Shown: in pieces, positions 11,646 to 24,400 of the stretch
How positions within the stretch are numbered: the stretch's first letter is position 1
Layout of the letters: each line of letters begins with the position of its first letter
Program-made: the position numbers and the translations under genes
Origin: Lama glama
Lineage: Eukaryota
Assembly (NCBI GenBank): GCA_028534125.1
Contig: CM052816.1
Coordinates: forward strand, 30,072,001-30,136,000
Length of the DNA: 64,000 bases
Direction of reading: 5' to 3'
Notes under the pieces: generated by a model
Databases searched by the model: none
What the model saw: the letters and a program-made list of their open reading frames with translations, nothing else
Told to the model about the DNA's origin: nothing

Positions 11646-14600
11646 CCGTACTTCCACCACAAGTGGACAACATGTTCCATACTGTTCTGATATGATACAT
11701 CAGACTTTATATGAGAAGAGTTAAAGGCCTGTACATTAAGCAATTCAGTAGTACGTGCAAGTCATTTTACTTGATATACAACTTGTCTGAATATTAATAA
11801 AGTTATTACCGCTGACAAATGACATAAAGGAAAGAATACACATGTATCAAAATGCAAAGACGATGTGGTTCGTGTGCTTGGCTGACATTTTTAGAGACAT
11901 TCATCGCTTTCAGGGAATGGACACTTGGGAAAGTACACGTAATTTTCCTGGTGACTTAGGCTTGTTCTTCCCCAGGAAGAATGAGAATTGCTGCATAAAC
12001 AGGATTCACTTGCTCCTTGTTGGAAAGAAACCTAGCCTTCTGTGGGGAAAAGATTACGCTGACATGCAACAGCAAATGTCATTTCATGAATTTCACTGAA
12101 CCCGTCACGGTCTCAGCCCTGCCTTGTTTAAACGGAAGACTGTCTCCAGCTTTCAACCCAAACAACCAGATGGTGAGCTCGTACTTCCTATACATGTTGC
12201 TACTCAAGTATGTTTTCCGGCATCTTGGCTGCCAGGGGATGCCGTTGCTAGTGTAAATATGTCATTGATAATTTGTCAGTCTGCCCTACTAATGACAGAA
12301 ACTGTGACTATCAAAGTGATTAAAAAATTATCTAAGCAATAGCTGTCAACTCAGACATTCTGAAGAGTATCTTTGCAGCGGAACAAGCATGAGGATAGCG
12401 AGCTGAGTATGAATTCTTCTGGATCTTGGCAGGTACCGCTTTAGCTACATGGAGGCTGTGCAATTCCCACTGATGTCTTCTAAGAGTAGCCCTGTGAGTT
12501 CAGTGACTGTCATATGTGGGTAAATATATGGGAAAAAATGACAAGGCTTCCATCAGCATTTCACAGTGCTCTAGAGGTTCACATTTTCATTGCTATATTT
12601 TCTTTTTTCTTATTATTATTTTTATGCCTGTCTCCAAACTAACATACAGAGAGAAATTATTCTTTAAAAAGAGAATTACTTTTATTTTATTGAACCAACA
12701 TATAATGTCACCATGTAGAAGAAAACAGACTCCATCCCATGTTTTGTTTGTTTATTTCGTGTATGAAGTGAACGCAGTTGTGTGCCTTAAACAAAGCAAG
12801 GCACATACAGTCACCTCAAGAAATACACTGAGTTGAAAGATTTGTGAACAGAAAACAACCCAAGGAAAAATAAATTGTTGATTATGCTGTTTCAGAAGCT
12901 GGGTCAAGAAAGAGGGAGTAAGAGAAAAAGATATACATTTACAGTAGAAAACAAAAATAGAAAAATCCTCATCTTGAAAATCACCCCCACAATACAGAGA
13001 AATTGATCACAGTCTACTTGCTGGAATCCACAAGTCTTTGGCAATATTTTAGTAGAGTCCAGAGAAATCACTGTGATCTGCTGTGCATACAATTCTACAT
13101 CAGCTCCTTCGCAACTGGCCAGATTTCTGCTTTTATTTATGAGTTTGATGATAATGTTAAAAACTACCTAAACCCAAATAATATACTGGCCTGGGAACAA
13201 GACATATAAACTACAAATAAATGTATTTAGTAAGATATTAGTATCCTGTATCAGAAGAACGTGTTAGAATATTACTGCACTGCCCCTTTGAAAAGGAAGT
13301 TGGTTTTGTTACTTTATGTACCTATCAGGGTTTATTGCAGGCTGTATTATATTTTGACAGTTCTATAGTCAAAGTGTATTCTGATGTCACTTAGGACTGC
13401 GGAGCAGAGCTAAATTCTTATATAATGGAATAAAACTGCTTGGAAAACATATGTTTAAGTCAAGTATGGTTTGTCTAGTTCCGTTTAGAAGTGACTTTGC
13501 CTCAGAAGGAAACAGTGCAATTCCATAAAAGAGTAATGATTTCAAAAAATGGGAAAAGCAGTTGGAAATGTTACTTTTACATTTTAGAGAGGAAGTGTGA
13601 CAGGTGATCAGAGAAATCTTAGGCTGAAGGGCTGTCACTCTCCTGCAGAAAATGCGGGGAGGTGAGTGGAGAGTGGGCTACAGAGCAGTGTCTTCTTATT
13701 TCCTTCGGGCCTCCTACTAGGTCTTGGGAAAGGCCTCTAGTGCTGTCAGGGTACTTTGTTTCTTCCTCTTGGATCCTGGTCCTCCCTGTGGTAGCATCTC
13801 CTACAAGCCTGGACCACTTCCAGTGGGGGGATTCCTGTGTCACTCCTCAGTGGCCTTCAACATCCCAGCAGGCTGCTGAGGAAACTGAAAGTAGGGGCTT
13901 GGGTAATTGTGTCACCACTCGCTTCTCTACTCTGTACTCCTGTTGTTTTTCTCGAGTCTTCATGAGGTTTATATTTGTACTCTTAATCTTAGTCTTTGGG
14001 TCTTTCAAACCATGCATGAATGAAGTCATTGCTCTCGGTCCTTTGGTCTGCCTTCACTCCTCAAACCTGATCTACAGAGTCTTTGTCTTAGTCCTACTGT
14101 GAAATGAAAGGTCATTTTTAGCATGTAAAATCCTTACCCTTTACTCTAAAAGACTTTTCTCTCCCAGTGTTAAACTCTTGCTCTCAAATTGAACTGTGCA
14201 ACTTTCATGAACGTGTGAAAGCTGTGTTATATGTTACCACTTACTGAAAAGCAGTAAAAGCAGTATGTTGTAATCAGCTTAGAAATAAACTTATTTGATA
14301 ATGTGACTGGAGTGACTAAGTGTGCTAATAGTTATTCTTGATTTATAGGCATGAAACTTCTTTAGAAAGACTTTTGAGAAGGGAGAGATAAAGGAATCAG
14401 GAGATGAACTCCTGACGTTTACTCTGATGTTCAATTTTCAATGAAACCATATCCGGATTATCAGTGCTTTGAAAAAATATCACATGAGTTAAAGTAAATC
14501 GGCCTGGTTAGAACAGGAAAAAGACCATCGACAATTAAAATTTTGCAGACAACTTGAAAATATGATGAATAGTTTTTGTACCAGACATATTTGACTTTCT

Positions 14601-15569
14601 CTGGCTCACTGTCTTAGAGCGCTGGGTTACTGAGGTAGGAAGGAAAATAGAAGTATTTTCAGCTTGGAAAATATTTATGGTATGGTTGTGTTACAATTAT
14701 ATTGGCAAAAACTTGTCTTTAGGTACACAATTCATCTGGTTGAAACATTAATCTCTCCTCTGGGTAGATGAGATACATTTAGCGGTGGAATGTGGCAGGG
14801 TTAGGTTAAGGCTAGGCTACAATATCTAATTATAGTACATTCCATGGTTGTTAGTTATTGGGAAAGCAAAGGCACTCATAGGCAACAATAGAGAAATTAC
14901 CCCATGTTGGTTGGATGTTGTGTGCACCATGTAGATATTAATAGCGAGCAGAGAACTCCCACGGAGCATTCGTGATAGGGCATCATGTTGGTAAAAGTGG
15001 GGCAGACATAGTTTGTGCTTCCTTAGCACAGTTTGCTAAGGAGTTTTCTTATGCTCTCAGTTGCTCAACAGGAAAATAAACTGATGGGCAAAGCAAAAGA
15101 GCAATGTAGAAGATGACATTAAAAATACAAAATTGCTATGCTGTACTGCTTTAGCCAGTCCTCCAGAGTGACTCATACCAGGTGGCATGGATAAAGCACA
15201 TCATGGTATTCTGCAAAAAGAAGATATCTAAGGGTGTAAAGTCACATACTGGAAAATGTGACCACCTTGAGTTGTGAAATAGCAAATAGGCTATTTCTTT
15301 CTTTACCAAAATTTGATTGCCCGTTGTTGGCGAGTCCAACCTGTAGGGTCTCTCTGCTTTCTCATGCCGACTTGGACAATGGGCATAACTTTTGCTTCTG
15401 GATTCCTCTGTAGAAATCCAAAGGTGATGTAAAACTAGTTCTGGGATTTTCAGAGTACACAGGCTCCTTTGAGTCTATGGAAGTGGACTCTAGATTTGTT
15501 GGAGCAAACATGCATATGCTGAGTCTTCTGCTGGGTTCTCCTGAAGGCCTGGCTGTGACGCAGGACTTT

Positions 15570-16050
15570 GCCTGGATGCCCTGGAGTCTGGTCCAGCTCT
15601 GGTCTCCCCACCTCCAGAGAGCATAAGCTGAACAAATATGCAGTCTCCTCCAAGAACAGTGAAGGCAGCCTCTCAGAAACAGAAGCTGCTGCACTCGGAG
15701 ATGCTGGACAAGCTGACAGCAGGGCCAGCAGGACAGGTGACTGACGAGGTGGGTAGAAAGGAGGCAGAGAAGAAAGGATGAGACCATACCTAACAGTGAA
15801 AACTCAGTCAGAGTCATATCCTTGGACTCAAAATTGCTTTAGAGAAGAAAATGTGTACAGCTATAAGATAGTAAGGAAAGATACCCAAGTTGAAGTACAT
15901 CAAAGCAAAATAGGATAGGAAAGGGATTCTTTGATATAATGAATTGCTTAAAGACTGTTAGATGGTCTGACGAAGAGATATGATCAGCATAATACCACTA
16001 ACAGAGAGCATCGGACACTAATAAGACAGCTGACGCTTGCATGACCCATT
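15570..16050 (+). mobile_element. Possible ancient CR1/L3 LINE fragment
   Basis: ctggagtctggtccagctctggtctccccac and ttagagaagaaaa...aagtacatcaaag resemble the CR1 region 3' of RT; very diverged. Confidence 0.35.
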
Positions 16051-16159
16051 TATAAAAAAAATACTGGAAGAACCTCAAAAGATCTCATGTTGAAGAAAAT
16101 GCTCTGAACAAGGCCTTTCTTAAATTTTCTTCCCAAGATAATACAGAAAATTATTTTAA

Positions 16160-16730
16160 AATTAAATCACTCACATTGTATATAATTACTATTAACATCT
16201 TGATATATTTACTTCCTGTTTTTCTCGGTATACCTGAGTTCTTTTCTCGATATTCTACTATGCAAATAATTTTATATCCCACCCTTTTCACTTAATATTA
16301 TGTCATATACTTTTCCTATATTATTTAAATTATTGGTAAACATTATTTTGAAGATTTTGCATCATATGAATGTATAAAATGTACTCAGCTTTTATTCTGC
16401 TGATTGACGTTCACATGTTTTTATTTCTGGTTATGCTTTTGTCATTAATGCCGCGATAAATCCACTGCTCATGTAACAAGGACATTTTAAAGTTATTTGC
16501 CTGGGTGTGATTTCTAGGTACAGAATATTAAGTAAGACTTTTATTGTAAAGGCTCTTGATTTGTCTGACAGTTTTCATGCCAGCTGTTTACAGGAGAGTC
16601 TGTCTCTTTCCTTGCTTTATGATGTTGAGGATTTAAGTTGTAAAGTCTGTTATTTGAAACAAGAAAAACGGTATCTTCCTTGAAGTGTTTTCTTTGAATA
16701 CCAGTAAAAGTTTCCTTTTCATATATTTTA
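16160..16730 (-). mobile_element. Old L1 (L1ME-like) 3' region
   Basis: cttttcacttaatattatgtcat, attaatgccgcgataaat, tgggtgtgatttctagg: antisense L1ME 3' UTR/ORF2-end pattern. Confidence 0.65.
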
Positions 16731-17203
16731 TTCATGTATCCAGCATGTATTTATGAGGAAATACTGTGTCTCAGGGGATGAACCAGGAATTAGGGACACA
16801 GAGGGGAGAAACAAACAAACAAAAAGAAACCAAGAAGTCCTTTGTCTCATCTAGAGAGTGTGGATGACAAAGGAAAACCAAGTAGGGTACTGAGATAGTA
16901 TATAATGGAGATGCCTATTTTTGAAAGACAGGTCAAGGAAAACCACTCTGAAAAGATGATATTTGAACAATACATAAACGCAATGAATGAACAAGCCATG
17001 GGAATTTCTGGGGGCAAGCATGCCTCTCAGAGGACCAGCTGGACAATGGCTTTGAGGCAGGGATAGGTCTGGTGTATCTGGGCAATTGTGAGGACAGCAC
17101 AGCGGGTGGGGAATGAAGAACATGGTTTACAACAGGGAATTGCTTCAGAGGAGTAGCTGAGTGCAAGACGCTGTAGACCATGATAAAGACTCAGAACTTT
17201 ATT
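16731..17203 (-). mobile_element. L2a fragment
   Basis: ggtcaaggaaaaccactctgaaaagatgatatttgaaca, ggctttgaggcaggga, tgtagaccatgataaagact. Confidence 0.8.
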
Positions 17204-17204
17204 G

Positions 17205-18077
17205 CAAAGTCTATTCTTTCTCACTGATCTGCAGGGCTTCCTCTGTTATATATTAAGCCCATATACATGTGGGTCTGTTTCGGGACTCAATCTGTTCTAC
17301 TTCTCTATTTGTCTATTCTTTTGTCAATGCCACACTGTCTTAAACATTTTGACTTTAAAATAAATCTTGATATTTGGTATTGCAAAAATTTCCACCTTGT
17401 TCTTTTTCTCAAGGATATCTAGAAGACATTATGCTTTTACGTACATTTTAAAACTAACTCTTCAAAAATAGCAACTACAACAATAACAATAAAAATTGAC
17501 TGGGCTTTGGTTAGGAGTAAATTCAAACTATAAACTGATTTAGAAAGAACTGAAATCTTTAGTGAGTCTTTCAATCTGTAAATATGGTACCTCTCACAAT
17601 TTATTAAGGTCTTCTTTAATGTTTTTCAGTAAACTTTTATAAGTTTCCTTGCAGAGGTTTTATATATGCTTTGTTGTATTATTACTAGATGTAATATATT
17701 TTATACCATTATAAATGGTATCTCTTGACGTTTATTTTTTATTACTTGTATATAGAAATAAAATTTATTTTTGTAAACTTACTTTGAATCTAGCAGTCTC
17801 GGTAAACTCTCTTATTAAGTAAAAAATTTATTTGTATACTTTGGAAGTCCTACATATACAATCACATCATCTAAAAATAATGAGGCCGTTGTTCCTTCTT
17901 ATCTAATCCTTATACTTTTTATTTCCTTTTATTCTATTAACAAACTGGGTAGGACCTCGAGCATGAGATCTTGTATATTCAAGGGAAATATTTTTAGTAT
18001 TTAATCATTAGGTATGATATATAGTTTAAAAACAGTTAACTTTTATCAGATGAAGGAACTGGCTCTAATTTTAGCTT
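17205..18077 (-). mobile_element. Old L1 ORF2 remnant (left part, split by a younger L1)
   Basis: atacatgtgggtctgtttcgggactc, caatgccacactgtctt, acatatacaatcacatcatctaaaaataatga: antisense ORF2. Confidence 0.8.
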
Positions 18078-18903
18078 ATCTGTGAAGCTTTTGTTTTTTC
18101 CATCAAATCTGAACAAGAGCCTTACTGGGTAGAGTATTCTTGGTTTTAAGAATAACTTGGTTTCCCTTTCATTACTTTAAATATATCGTGCCACTCCCTT
18201 CTGGCCTGTAGAGTTTCTGCTGAAAAATCAGCTGATAACTTTATGGGAATTCCCTTGTATATTATGTATGTCTTGCTGATTTTAATATTTTCTCCTTATC
18301 CTTAATTTTTGTCAATTTGATTATTATGTGCCTTGGTGTGCCCCTCTTTGGGTTGATCTTGTGTGGAACTCTCTGCTCTTCCTGGACTTGGGTGACAGTT
18401 TCCTTTCCCCAAGTGAGGGAAGTTTTCAGTTATTATCTCTTCAAAAATTTTCTCAGATCCTTTCTCACTCCCTTCTCTTTCTGGGGCCCCTATAATGTGA
18501 GTATTAGTGTGCTTCATGTTGTCCCAGAGTTCTCTTAAACCATCCTCATTCTTTTCGTCCTTTTTTCTTTTTTCTGTTCTGCAGTAGTGATTTCCACTAA
18601 TCTATCTTTTAGCTCACTGATCTGTTCTTCTGCCTCATTTAGTCTGTTCTTACTTCCTTCTAGTGCATTGTTCATTTCAGTGATTTTATTCTTCAGCTCA
18701 GTTTGGGTATTCTTTGTATTTTCCAGCTCTTTACTAAAAACTTTGCTGTGTGCATTTATCCTCCTCTCGAGTTCTCTGAACATCTTCACCATCGTTACTC
18801 TAAACTCTTTCTTGTTTAAATTGCCTATCTCCTCATCACTTATTTCTTCTTCTGAGATTTTATCTTGTGCCTTGGCCTGGGAGATATTCCTCTGCTGCCT
18901 CAT
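18078..18903 (-). pseudogene. Frameshifted, 3'-truncated L1 ORF1p
   Basis: ORFs 18535-18903 (coiled coil ...NRLNEAEEQISELKDRLVEI) and 18302-18517 (IIGAPE...IFEEIITENFPHLGK); ends in PRILYP..LLFRFDG..KSFTD. Confidence 0.9.
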
Positions 18904-20106
18904 ATTGTCTATCTTTCTATTTATATTTTTAGGTAGGTTAGTTATGGTTCTCAGCCTTGGAGGAGTGGCCCTCTGTGGGAGATGTCCTATGTGTCCCAGC
19001 AGAACACTCCTCTCTTGTCACCCAAGGGCCAGCGTCTGGCAGTCCCAGGGTGGAGTGTGGTCTGTGTTTGCAGATTCCTTCCACAAGCTTTGGGATTGTT
19101 TTCTTATTTCTGGTTATCTGCCCTCTGGTGCATGAGGCTGGGCTGGAGGTTTATGCAGGTTTCCTGGCAGGAGGAGCCGGTGCCTGCCTACTGCTGGGTG
19201 AAGTTTGGTCCTGGACCTCTGGTGGGTAGGGCTGTGTCTAGAGGCCTTTGTGGCTCAGGGAGTCTGCTGATGGGTGGGGCTGTGTTCCCGCCCAGCATGT
19301 GGTTTGGCCTGAGGCTTCTGTACAGGCTGTTGAGTGGGGCTAGATCTTGGTGCTAATGATCCAATCAAGATACCATCCTCCAGGAAAGCTCATGTATATG
19401 AACACTCCCGGAAAGTGGGCCACCAGCTTTTATGTCCCCTGGGTGAACCACAGCCATCCCCCACTTCCCCACAAGACCCTCCAAATCCAGCAGGCAGGTC
19501 TTGCCCAGGTTCCTATGAAATCACTGCCTCTGCTCTTGGACCTGGTGCACGTGAGTTTCCTTGTGTGCTTCCCAAGTGAATGGAGTCTCCGTTTCCCCCA
19601 GTCCTGTGGGGCTCCTGGAGTTAAGCCCCGCTGGCCTTCAGAACCAAATGTCTTGGAGTCTCCTCCCAATGCCAGAATCTCAGGCTGGGGAGCCTGCCAT
19701 GGGGCTTAGAACTCTCACTCCTATGGGAGGGCCTCAGTGACTTAATTATTCTTCAGCTTGTGGGTCGCCCACCTGGGGGGAATGGGGCCTGATTATTTCA
19801 CAAGCACACCCCTCCTACCAACCCACTGTGGTTCTCTTTTTATGTTTCCAGATGAAGAAGATCTTTTTTGCTAGGTTCTAGTCTTTTTCCCCAATGGTTC
19901 TTTAGCAGTCAGTTGTGGTTTTGTGGTAGTAGTCGAGAGGAGAGGCGAACTACATTGTTCTGTTGGCTGTGAGAACAGCTAGAGCTGAGCAGGGGCAAAG
20001 CCACTGCGTCCCAGGCACTTGGTGCGGTGCTAGGTGGCAGCTGCAGCCACGTCTGGGCAAATGGCTGTGGTGGCAACAGGCACACATGGCAGGCGTGTTG
20101 CAGACT
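18078..20106 (-). mobile_element. Younger L1 containing only the 5' UTR and most of ORF1, flanked by a 15-bp TSD
   Basis: TSD ctctaattttagctt (18063-18077) / ctctaattttagttt (20107-20121); ORF1 translation and a GC-richer 5' UTR inside. Confidence 0.88.
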
Positions 20107-22550
20107 CTCTAATTTTAGTTTGATAAGGGGTTATTTTTTCTTTTAATAGCATATTGATTATAATTTTGAATTTTACCACTTTTAATTACAACTATTGAGA
20201 TAACAATTTTCTCCTTGATCAAATAATTATTAATTAATTTTCTAACATTTAAATATGTTATCTCTTGCCACATAATTAATTTGGTTATGATATATTATGC
20301 TTTTTCTGTATTGTTGAATTTCACTTGCTACTTTTTGTTTTTAAGATTTTTTTTTTACATGTATGTTCATAAATGAAAACGGCAGATACTTTTACTTTCT
20401 CATTTTTTTCTTTGTTGGATTTTGATTTCAAGGTTATGATGGTCTTGTTAAATGAGTTGGGAGTATTACCTCATTTTAAAATTTTCTTATGGATTATGCA
20501 GGACAGAAAATTTTTTTATTCATTAGCTTTTGGAAGAATTTTCAGTGAAGCCATGTGAGACTAAAGATTTATTTGTAAAAAGAGTTTACTTTAAAAGATT
20601 ACATATTCTATTTCTTTAATGGTTACAGGATAATTCAGGATATCTCGCTCTGTTTCCTTTTCTCTGTGTCTCATATTTTTCCTGATCTCACCCCTCAGTG
20701 TTTATTTATATTATAGTTATTTTAATTAACCACTTTTTTCTTTGCTCTTCCCTTCTATCGTATATTTGTTTTCTCTTTGTTTATTCTCTTTCATTATAGT
20801 AAGCATTTCTTTTATTCTATGTTCCTTGAAGTTATTTTGCTGTTCTTTTATTTATGTTAACTCATTAATTTTCAAACTTTCTTTGTTTCTTTTCCAAATT
20901 CAGTTCAGATTATTTTCTGTTTACAGCTTTAATATATTTTTTACTTATAGCTTATTTATGAATAGTTTTCTTAATTTCCAAATATGTAGAGATTTTCTAG
21001 CTATTTGTGTAATTTCAGCACTTTGGAATTTGCTAAATTTGCCTTCTAACTGAATATTATCAATTATCAATTTAAAAAAACTTTTTCACATGCGCTTATT
21101 CTGCAAGTCTGTATATATATCCAGTAGGTCATGTATGTTTGTTTTTTTTGTTCCAGTTATATCCTTTTTTCTCCTCCTCTCTTTCATATGAGTTACTGAG
21201 AATTATGAGTTAAAATCTTTACTAGGATTATGGATTTTTCTATTTATTTGTTGGCCTATCAGTTTAACTTTATATATTTTGAGACTGTCATAAAAATAAG
21301 CACATATATAATAGTTATATCTTCCTGGTGAATTGAACCTTTTATAATTATTAATACAGGCACAGGCACACTTACTTTTTATCCAGTTTATTAATCTTTT
21401 CTATTTAACTGGAATTTTTAGGCCATTTATATTGACCATAATTACTGATACATTAGGAGTTTAATCTAGCATCTTATTTTGTCGTCTTCAATTGTGTATA
21501 CGTATGTGCGTGTATATATGTATACACACACACACACACACACATTTTTTTCTCTCATTGTTTTCCTACTTGTAGATGGATTACTTATTCATTTTTTATT
21601 CTGCACTAGTTCAGGTCTTATATACTCAGTTTTTATAATTTTAGCAGTTGTCCTAAATTTACATGTATTCTTAACTTATTAAAACCTAAGGTTAAGCTAT
21701 ACCTTTATCCTCCTCCTGGAAAATACAAGGACCGTATTACCCTGTGTTCAGCCCTTTGCAGGTCCCAGCTTAAGGCATGGTGGATGTCCTGACGCTCACC
21801 ACCTTGGGCAGACTGTAGTCAGTGAGTCATTGTTTCTGCCCTTGTAACTTGATGCTACTGCCTAACTTCAGCATAATTTGGCAGATTTATGCAAATGCCT
21901 TCAGGGCAAAAGCAGCTTTGGTTCTCTTAGAATTCTGCCTACCCCTTTGGGTGTATGTTTCCTCCCAGAATTTGGCCTGACAGTTCTTTCTATCTGGGCA
22001 GCTCTTCAAAGACCTTAAAGTATATTTTTGAATGTATTATTTAATGAACTTTAGGAGAAAAGTTGATACAAATAATGAATCCCATTAGGATGGAAAAGGA
22101 AGGCTACATTTTAAAATATACTATTTAGGGAGTTATCTCCTAAATTTGTGGCAACTCTTTGAATTTTTATTTAACTTTTTCTTTGAGACGTCTGCCTCTC
22201 CACATGTGCTTAGAAAGGTTATCCCACCTTGTGTTCAGACACTTATTCACATTTTCTTCTAATTTGTTACATGTTTTATGCCACATCTTTAATCCACCTG
22301 TATTCTTTGGCATAAAGAGTGTCCAGAGAAAAGAAAGGGATTTTTTTCCCCAATAGCCCTAAAATCTTGCCAGAATATTATGTTAAAATTATCTTCCAGT
22401 ATTCTGTCAACTTGTGATATCTCCTTAATTTTATGTTTTTTCTTAATTTCTTCCCTTGATATAATGGTCTACACTTGCATTAGTATACCACTAATTTAAT
22501 TGTTGCATTTTTACAGCATATTTTAATCTCCTTAAGGCTAATCTCCGTTT
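20107..22550 (-). mobile_element. Old L1 remnants (ORF2 and 5' pieces, L1ME/L1M type), probably two nested elements
   Basis: T-rich antisense L1 motifs: ggttatgatggtcttgttaaatgagttggg, aattttcagtgaagccat, ttatatcttcctggtgaattgaaccttt. Confidence 0.7.
21493..21545. repeat. Alternating purine-pyrimidine tract ending in (CA)n
   Basis: tgtgtatacgtatgtgcgtgtatatatgtatacacacacacacacacacaca. Confidence 0.9.
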
Positions 22551-24249
22551 ATTATTTGGAAATGATAGGAACCTATTTATTTCATAATTATAATACGATA
22601 TAATGCCCGTTGGCTTGTATATGTTTACAGAGAATGAAAACATCAGTAACACTTGTCAATGCCTGTAATTTAGGGTATGTTATCAGCTTATTGCTATAAA
22701 TGTTGTTGGCCTAAGGCAGACTGGAGGCACATAGTGAAGCACACGCATTTATAAATGTATACACTCCACTCATGTGTTCTGGGCATCCTGAAACAAAACA
22801 TGAAGAAATAAGATCCATAACTTTCCCACTATGTGGATATATGAAAGTAGAAAAAAAGTATGTGTTAGGTGAATAATTTTAGATAAATTATTTGTGCAAT
22901 TACAAGTACTAATAAAGAAGACTTTTGCCATCCAGTTTTAAGTTTGACAGTGGAATACAGTTCCTGGATTCTTGATTGTTTTCAGAAAATCTGATGTACC
23001 ATTTAGAGAACCTATTTGTTTTGTAATGGTCAATAAAAATAAAAGACTGTTAAAGAAAGAATGCCTAACATAGATAATTATAAAAAATCCATTGACTGAT
23101 TTTTCACAGGAGGTTAATTATAAGATCTATCAGTGATTCTGTGATTCAAGAAGATACATTCTTTTTATTCAGGCTGGCAATTCTGACAATAATAATCTTT
23201 CTCATAAATATTAGAGCACAGCATAGCATCTGTCCTTCACAAAAATCTTTCAGTCAGGAGAATTAAACATTTTTGAGGTTGCGTTAATTGATCAAAAAAG
23301 GGTCTTAGGAAGAAGTATGATGGATGTGTAGCCAAGCTTACATCATGGTTAAAAGAAAAAAGTCCTCCATTAGGTTGTCTGCCTTTAGTCTCTTATTTGC
23401 AATCAGTTGAAGAGCTCTATTAGGAAAGTCAGAAATCCTTTTCTTGATGTTAAATGTGTATTTAGAATCTTTAAGAGAGTCATTTAATGAATGGCTTCTT
23501 CACTGACCCCGCAGTGAATGCACTGTGGTTTCTGTGGAGAAATGAGACAGTTATCTGAGGGACAATTTCTCTTAAAGGATCAGTGTTTTCATTATTTGTG
23601 ACAATCAGAACTTCTAAGAAAATGTGTTCCAAAAGATAACATTTAGGCAAAGATTATATATGAATGAATAAGATATCTAAACTGTTGTAGATCAGAAGGC
23701 GCAGTTATTGTTATTAATATTGTAATGCTTAATACTCTTTGTGCCACTTAAAAAATCAACAAGTACGTGTCACTGTTTATTTTGTATGAAGTGTGAAAAC
23801 AAGTAGTAGTTTCAAAGGGCCAGTAAAAACATCCCATGAAAACGTATTAAAAAAAAGTTCTTGAGAAATCAGTCTTACTTTTTATATCTAGAATAAGAAT
23901 TCATTTAGCAGAAATATATACTGTACCATGCATTTGTGTATTTGAAATAATCAAGTGGTGGCAAATACAATACAGAAGAAATTCTGACATCAAGTGGGAC
24001 ATTAAGAAAACATAAAAACACAACCGTAAATTATTCACTTTTTAATCATATAGGATTTTCCTGAAATCAAATTTGTTCTTTTGAACAATATTATCCTTGC
24101 TTTTCTGAAGTGCCTTTTCCAGAAAACGTGTTCTTAAGTCATTTTTAAGAGATCTCAATTATGTGATTCACCTTAAAGAGGACCGACATTCAGATATACC
24201 CAGGAAGCATCCTCAGGTTCCCAGGGCTTTGGGAAGTAGTTTATAAGGT

Positions 24250-24400
24250 CAAGAAGGCCATTTGATCGTCCACCCATCTTGATGCTGTATCCTTTACACG
24301 TTCCCTTTGGGCTGGCAGGGTGGACACCTGACTATCTCTCCATGGAGGGTGCCAACTCTCAGACAGCCACAGTGTGAGTGTGAATCAACTCCTGTAAAAG
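24250..24400 (-). mobile_element. Possible L3/CR1 3' fragment
   Basis: atcgtccacccatcttgatgctgtatcctttacacgttccc...ctctcagacagcc resembles antisense L3. Confidence 0.35.

Noticed and set aside
12815..12898. 84-nt open minus-strand exon candidate with a good acceptor
   Set aside because: Weak donor (GTGACT) and intron-like T-rich composition; similar splice-like sites are frequent on both strands
13662..14102. 146-aa plus-strand ORF
   Set aside because: GTG start, composition follows T-rich DNA, no recognisable domain
15362..15817. 151-aa minus-strand ORF, possible processed pseudogene
   Set aside because: No recognisable protein; Leu/Cys/Ser-rich; overlaps a CR1-like remnant
18587..19135. 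Longest ORF in the track (182 aa, hydrophobic)
   Set aside because: Antisense shadow of the A-rich L1 ORF1 and UTR, not a membrane protein gene
20742..21053. Phe/Leu/Ser-rich 103-aa ORF
   Set aside because: Artefact of T-rich antisense L1
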